Assembly (NCBI GenBank): GCA_051746725.1
Contig: JBNJFI010000002.1
Location: 11,844-75,843, forward strand
Length of the DNA stretch: 64,000 nucleotides
Direction of reading: 5' to 3'
DNA from: Fusobacteriota bacterium
Lineage (GTDB): Bacteria; Fusobacteriota; Fusobacteriia; Fusobacteriales; JBNJFI01
Part shown: piece after piece, positions 59,078 through 64,000 of the stretch
Layout of the letters: every line of letters begins with the position of its first letter
Numbering within the stretch: position 1 is the stretch's first letter
The notes under the pieces: generated by a model
Database searches by the model: none
The model's input: the letters and a program-made list of their open reading frames with translations, nothing else
Told to the model about the DNA's origin: nothing
Made by a program: the position numbers and the translations under genes

Positions 59078-61383
59078 GCATCTTTTTTATATTTAATAAT
59101 ATTTTCTACTCCATTATATTTCTTTATATTTGGACCCTCATGTATAACAAGTGCTGGAACAGATCTGATTCCGTATTCACGAGCAAGCTCCATATTTTGA
59201 TGAGCATCTATATGTTCAATATCATTATGATCTGAAAGTTCTTCCTTAGCTTTAGGACAATTTTTACAAGTTTTTGTTGTAAATAGATATTTTTTAGAAC
59301 CATCTTGACCTTTTTTGATTATGGATTTTTCTTCTATATATTCCTTTCTATCTTCAAATTCTTCTTGTTTACCGTCATTCCAGTTTTGAACTGGTCTATA
59401 ATATCCTGTTATTCTACTATATACTTCCGTTGTCGCATCACATTCAGGACAATTATACTCTTCTCCTATAATATATCCATGTTCAGGACAAACAGAGTAA
59501 GTTGGTGATATTGTATAATATGGTAATTTATAATTTTCGGCAATTTTTTTAACTAAATTTTTAGTAGTATCAGCATCTTTTATATTTTGTCCTAAAAAAG
59601 TATGAAATACAGTTCCTCCTGTAAATTTAGTTTGTAAATCTTCTTGAACATCTAAGGCGTCAAATATATCTTCGCTAAATCCAACTGGAAGATGACACGA
59701 ATTAGTGTAGTATGGAGTATCATTACCAGCAGTTGATATATCACTCCATCTTTCTTTATCCATCTTTGCTAACCTATATGCAGTACTTTCAGCAGGAGTA
59801 GCCTCTAAATTATATAAATTTCCAGTTTCTTCTTGAAAATCTGCTAATTTTTCTCTCATAAAGTCCAAAACTTCTCCAGAAAAATCTTGGGATTTTTTAT
59901 CAGTTAAATCTCCATCTAACCAATCTGCATTTTCAGCCATTTCATTCATCCCCACTAGTCCTATAGTTGAAAAATGATTATCAAAATGTTTTAGATATCT
60001 TTTAGTATAAGGAAATAACCCTTCGTCATTTAATTTTTCTATAACTGTTCTTTTAGTTTCCAAACTTCTAGAAGCAATTTCCATTAATCTTTCCAATTTA
60101 GAATAGAATTCATCAGTATTTTTACTCTTATAAGCTAATCTCGGGAGATTGATTGTTACAACTCCTATACTTCCAGTAAATTCATCGGCTCCAAATAAAC
60201 CTCCCCCTCTTCTTTTTAATTCACGTTTATCTAACTGAAGTCTACAACACATAGATCTCACATCTCCAGGATCTAAGTCAGAATTAACGAAGTTTTGAAA
60301 ATATGGTGTCCCGTATTTGGAAGTCATTTCAAATAATAAAGTTGCATTTTCTGTATCCCAATTAAAATCAGGAGTTATATTATATGTTGGTATTGGGTAT
60401 TGAAATCCTCTTCCTTCTGAATCCCCCTCTAGCATAAGTTCTATAAAAGCTTTATTAATAAGATTCATTTCATTTTGGCAATCTGCATATTTGAAGTCTT
60501 GTTCTTTACCGCCTACAATTGCATTTTGATCTTTTAAATCTTGCGGAACAGTCCAATCTAGCGTGATATTACTAAATGGTGCTTGAGTTCCCCATCTACT
60601 AGGAGTATTTACACCAAATAAAAATGATTGTATGGCTTGTTTTACTTCGTCATATGATAATTCATCTTTTTTGACAAAAGGAGCTAAGTAAGTATCGAAA
60701 CTACTAAAAGCTTGGGCCCCTGCCCATTCATTCTGTAGTATTCCTAGAAAGTTTACCATTTGATTGCAGAGAGTATTTAAATGATTTGCTGGAGAAGATG
60801 TTATTTTACCGTATACTCCTCCTAAACCTTCCTCTATTAGCTGCCTTAAAGACCATCCAGCACAATATCCAGTCAACATTGATAAATCATGTATATGGAA
60901 GTCTCCCTCTTTGTGAGACTTTTCAATTTCGTTATCATATACTTCTGAAAGCCAATAATTAGCTGTTATGGCACCAGAATTACTTAAGATTAGCCCCCCC
61001 ACTGAATAATTAACTGTGGAATTTTCTTTAACTCTCCAATCTTCAACATGTAAATATTTTTCCATTGTATGTTTAAAATCTAGCTCAGTAGATTCCATAT
61101 CTCGAATTTTTTCTCTTTGCTTTCTATATAAAATATATGCTTTTGCTACATCTGTATATCCTGTTTCTTCCAAAACTTTTTCAACACTATTTTGTACATC
61201 TTCAATTTCGACTTTATCCTCTACAACCTTATCTTGAAAATCCGACGTAACTCTGAGAGATAATAAATTTAAAATATCTTCTGTATACTTTGACTCTGTA
61301 GCCTCAAAAGCCTTTTTGATAGCCTCTGTGATTCTCCCTAACTTAAATTCAATTTCTTCTCCATCTCTTTTTACTAATTTCAT
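59074..61383 (-). CDS. nrdD: Anaerobic (class III) ribonucleoside-triphosphate reductase with an N-terminal ATP cone and a C-terminal redoxin-like domain
   Basis: VKRDG ATP cone, FHIHDL, RSMCCRL, EATPAES, CPEH/CPEC zinc ribbon, SRITGYY glycyl-radical loop, FTTKTCKNC tail. Confidence 0.93.
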   Translation of the reverse strand: MKLVKRDGEEIEFKLGRITEAIKKAFEATESKYTEDILNLLSLRVTSDFQDKVVEDKVEIEDVQNSVEKVLEETGYTDVAKAYILYRKQREKIRDMESTELDFKHTMEKYLHVEDWRVKENSTVNYSVGGLILSNSGAITANYWLSEVYDNEIEKSHKEGDFHIHDLSMLTGYCAGWSLRQLIEEGLGGVYGKITSSPANHLNTLCNQMVNFLGILQNEWAGAQAFSSFDTYLAPFVKKDELSYDEVKQAIQSFLFGVNTPSRWGTQAPFSNITLDWTVPQDLKDQNAIVGGKEQDFKYADCQNEMNLINKAFIELMLEGDSEGRGFQYPIPTYNITPDFNWDTENATLLFEMTSKYGTPYFQNFVNSDLDPGDVRSMCCRLQLDKRELKRRGGGLFGADEFTGSIGVVTINLPRLAYKSKNTDEFYSKLERLMEIASRSLETKRTVIEKLNDEGLFPYTKRYLKHFDNHFSTIGLVGMNEMAENADWLDGDLTDKKSQDFSGEVLDFMREKLADFQEETGNLYNLEATPAESTAYRLAKMDKERWSDISTAGNDTPYYTNSCHLPVGFSEDIFDALDVQEDLQTKFTGGTVFHTFLGQNIKDADTTKNLVKKIAENYKLPYYTISPTYSVCPEHGYIIGEEYNCPECDATTEVYSRITGYYRPVQNWNDGKQEEFEDRKEYIEEKSIIKKGQDGSKKYLFTTKTCKNCPKAKEELSDHNDIEHIDAHQNMELAREYGIRSVPALVIHEGPNIKKYNGVENIIKYKKDA

Positions 61384-61496
61384 TTCTAGCCCCTCTCCTC
61401 TTATAACCTTTTTGATTTAATTTTCTATTTTTATTATTTTCCTCTATATAAAATTTTATTTAATTTAATATAGATTGTTTTGAATTTGATGTATAT

Positions 61497-61525
61497 ATTA
61501 TATCTTATTGGATTTTAATTGTCAA
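61497..61525 (-). promoter_or_regulatory. Sigma70 promoter of nrdD
   Basis: Minus strand TTGACA-17 nt-TATAAT. Confidence 0.75.
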
Positions 61526-61535
61526 TCAAAAAAAC

Positions 61536-61566
61536 AAAAAAACCACGATATATACGTGGTTTTTTT
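61536..61566 (-). terminator. Terminator after the dgkA-PAP2 gene
   Basis: AAAAAAACCACG-ATATATA-CGTGGTTTTTTT. Confidence 0.7.
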
Positions 61567-61572
61567 CTCGAA

Positions 61573-61588
61573 CAACTATATATAGTGG
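61573..61588. promoter_or_regulatory. Candidate NrdR box upstream of nrdD
   Basis: CCACTATATATAGTTG (minus strand) versus the consensus acaCwAtATaTwGtgt. Confidence 0.5.
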
Positions 61589-62292
61589 GGGGCTAACCAT
61601 AAAAACAACAGGAATGTTACTGTGCCACCAAATATAGCCCCTGCAATAACTTCACCTAATGAGTGTATATTAGCTTTAACTCTCGTTTGACTTATGAGCA
61701 AAGCCATTATAAATATCATAGAAATCATATATATATTATTTGTTATAAACCAACTAGAAACCCAAATCGAAAAACCCACTGCACTATGCCCACTGGGCAT
61801 GCCGCCGGTAAAAGGACGTCCACGACGAAATAAGGCTTTCAAATAAACAACACCTATGACAACCAAAATTAAAGCCATAACTGAAAGATGAATTTCCGAA
61901 GTTGTTATCTTATATAATACCGAACTACTCATATTTTCAAATTCATCAAATAAAACCAAATATCCCATTATTATAGCATTTACTGAAGCAACAAAAACAG
62001 CTCCAGCTGCTGCATCTTTAGCTAATTTAGCTAACTCATGATATTCTTGAACATACATATCAACTAACGCTTCTATAGCTGTATTAATAATCTCGGTTAT
62101 CCAAACTAATGAAATGGAAAATAAAATCAAACCCAATTCTAATTTCGTTATGTCAAAAAGAAGAGAAATAATAATAATAAAAATGGTTACAAAAAAGTGA
62201 ATCTTCATATGCCTTTCATTTTTTATAGTTTCTATTATTCCTTCAACTGCACAATTAAAGCTTTCAACTAGATCTCTACTTTCCTTTTTCAT
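61576..62292 (-). CDS. dgkA: Diacylglycerol/undecaprenol kinase fused to a PAP2-like domain
   Basis: SFNCAVEG, ERHMKIH, EIINTAIE, AKDAAAGAV, then GGMPSGHSA and RVKANIHS. Confidence 0.88.
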   Translation of the reverse strand: MKKESRDLVESFNCAVEGIIETIKNERHMKIHFFVTIFIIIISLLFDITKLELGLILFSISLVWITEIINTAIEALVDMYVQEYHELAKLAKDAAAGAVFVASVNAIIMGYLVLFDEFENMSSSVLYKITTSEIHLSVMALILVVIGVVYLKALFRRGRPFTGGMPSGHSAVGFSIWVSSWFITNNIYMISMIFIMALLISQTRVKANIHSLGEVIAGAIFGGTVTFLLFLWLAPHYI

Positions 62293-62310
62293 TCACTCCT
62301 CCTTTACTAA

Positions 62311-62766
62311 CTATCGTTTGTAGTTATGCCGCGATAAAATTTCTTCTTCTTTTTTTCTCATTATTTTTTTATCTTCTTTTTTAATATGATCATATCCTAA
62401 AAGATGTAAAACTCCATGAGTTAAAACATAAAAAAGTTCTCGATCAAAACTATGACCGTATTCTTTGGATTGAGATTTAACTCTTTCTAAAGATACTAAA
62501 ATATCTCCCAATGTATCTACTGCTCCCGACATCTCACTTTCATGGTATGCAAAAGAAATTACATCAGTTTCAGAATTTTTATTTCGATGCTTTTTATTGA
62601 TTTGTTTTATATCTTCGTTATTCAAAAAAGTGATAGAAATATAGACTACCTTTTTTGGATCAAACGCCTTATACTCATTTACTAAAACAGTTTTTATATA
62701 TTCTTTTATTTTATTTAATTCTAAATCAACATCAGTCTTGTTCATAATATCTATATTTATCTCCAT
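62311..62766 (-). CDS. ybeY: rRNA maturation RNase YbeY
   Basis: TDVISF, LGDILVS, HGVLHLLGYDH. Confidence 0.96.
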   Translation of the reverse strand: MEINIDIMNKTDVDLELNKIKEYIKTVLVNEYKAFDPKKVVYISITFLNNEDIKQINKKHRNKNSETDVISFAYHESEMSGAVDTLGDILVSLERVKSQSKEYGHSFDRELFYVLTHGVLHLLGYDHIKKEDKKIMRKKEEEILSRHNYKR

Positions 62767-62798
62767 TAATTTCTCCTTTTATTTAGTTTTGTTTAAAT

Positions 62799-63761
62799 TC
62801 AAGCAATAATTGATAACTTAGATCCCAGTTCATCTTTCAAATCATTATTTTTTTTATATTCATTAATCTCTCTTATATGAAGAAGTTCTTCATCCGATTT
62901 ATTTAGATCTAAATTCTGTGATTTTTCAAAATTTATATTATCTGCACTTTTATTACTTTTTTTAATTCTTTTTCTATTAACATGCTCTATATTATTAGTA
63001 TCGGAGTTTATTAAATCATCATTTTTAAATTTATCCTGTTTTTTATTATCATCAGTAATGTTATTTGTAATCTCTTGTTTTTTTAAATCATCAGAATCAT
63101 TTATTGAGGTTTCATTTATATCCCCTTCATTATCTTTTCCTGAAGATTGGTCGGCTCTTTTTTGAGCTAATTCCATAGAAGCTCTAGCTTCCATAGCTGT
63201 TGCCTGTGAAGCTACTGAAAGATCAGCCGGTGAAGGATTTGCTGGAGCCATTGCAGCCGCCTTAACTTGTCTTGCGTTTCTCATGGTTTCTTCGGGAGTT
63301 TTCCCTGATTGAATACTTATAGATACTTCCCCTCCAACTATATATCTTTTACCATCTGGACCTTGCTGATAAGAATATGTTGGAGATCCTGCAAATTTTC
63401 CACCTGCACTCATATGAGCCATTTCATGAGCTATAACCTTTCTTTCTATGCTTTGTAGTTCTTTTATAGCTTTATCTTTTTGTATTTCTTCTTTTGATTT
63501 AGAAAGCTCAATCTCATTTTTTATTTCACCAATTCGGTTTTCCAAATTATTTTTTTTTATTGTATTTTCATCTTGATTTTGATCATTAGATTTATCTAAA
63601 TATTTTTTTAAACTCTCTGAAATACCATCAGTACGTTTTTTTTCTGCTCCTGATTCATAATTTTTATTTTGGGAAAATTTCCCTTGGCTAGAAGAATGAT
63701 CTTCTCCATTATAATAATTACTATAATTACTTGTATTTAAGTTCTGACTTAATGAAATCAT
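62799..63761 (-). CDS. SprA/SrpA-related putative metalloprotease family protein
   Basis: VIAHEMAH, YSYQQGPDGKRYIVGGEV, AAAMAPANPSPADLSVA, flanked by low-complexity N/K/D/E segments. Start probably the ATG at 63761. Confidence 0.75.
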   Translation of the reverse strand: MISLSQNLNTSNYSNYYNGEDHSSSQGKFSQNKNYESGAEKKRTDGISESLKKYLDKSNDQNQDENTIKKNNLENRIGEIKNEIELSKSKEEIQKDKAIKELQSIERKVIAHEMAHMSAGGKFAGSPTYSYQQGPDGKRYIVGGEVSISIQSGKTPEETMRNARQVKAAAMAPANPSPADLSVASQATAMEARASMELAQKRADQSSGKDNEGDINETSINDSDDLKKQEITNNITDDNKKQDKFKNDDLINSDTNNIEHVNRKRIKKSNKSADNINFEKSQNLDLNKSDEELLHIREINEYKKNNDLKDELGSKLSIIA

Positions 63762-63963
63762 TCTTCTCACCTCCATTTAGTTTATAATTTCTCCCCTAGA
63801 CAAATCTTATTCACAGCATACTTTTATTTTGCTTATTTTGCAACCACATATTAATTATACTTGATATGAATATAATTTTCAACCCATTTTTATTTATTAT
63901 ATTTTTAAATATCTAAAAATATAATAAATTTGTCTTAATTCTAAAATTATAATCTTAAGATCA

Positions 63964-63999
63964 TAAAAAAGCTTTGTACATATGTACAAAGCTTTTTTA
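63964..63999. terminator. Terminator (perfect 36-bp palindrome)
   Basis: TAAAAAAGCTTTGTACAT|ATGTACAAAGCTTTTTTA. Confidence 0.7.
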
Positions 64000-64000
64000 A

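Noticed and set aside
119..61237. Numerous 60-170-aa antisense or alternative-frame ORFs in the track (for example 857-1204, 35888-36355, 52739-53254, 53456-53947)
   Set aside because: They lie within well-supported genes, lack RBS and motifs, and are mostly the Phe/Ser/Ile-rich shadows expected opposite AT-rich coding strands.
61790..61830. GC-rich patch with a small inverted repeat inside dgkA
   Set aside because: Explained by codons for the conserved RRGRPFTGGMPSGHSA segment.

Overview
A 64-kb, very AT-rich chromosomal window of mostly housekeeping genes from an anaerobic bacterium. Gene order (maf-mreB-hypothetical-scpB-rluB-gatCAB; PBP-priA-def-fmt-rex-folD) and the EF-P sequence suggest Fusobacteriota, but this is inferred from recalled synteny, not from a search. 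All long ORFs at 1-18955 are on +, and almost all at 19135-63776 are on -. They converge on a 28-bp dif-like Xer site at 19046-19073, so this is very probably the replication terminus. There are nine tRNA genes: Thr and Asp on - at about 23.9 kb, and Gly, Ile2/Met(CAT), Glu, Ser, Phe, Asp and Tyr on + at 56.3-57.0 kb. I found no transposase, integrase, prophage, reverse transcriptase, cas gene or CRISPR array. The least explained structure is a three-copy ~150-bp hairpin-bearing tandem repeat (24903-25330) whose middle copy is a mosaic of the outer two. It lies between a DRTGG/CBS-kinase gene pair and a PHP phosphoesterase gene. Also notable are an EF-P with an extended Arg-tipped loop and no adjacent modifying enzyme, a class III ribonucleotide reductase with a fused CXXC redoxin domain, and signalling or transport genes inserted into core operons.
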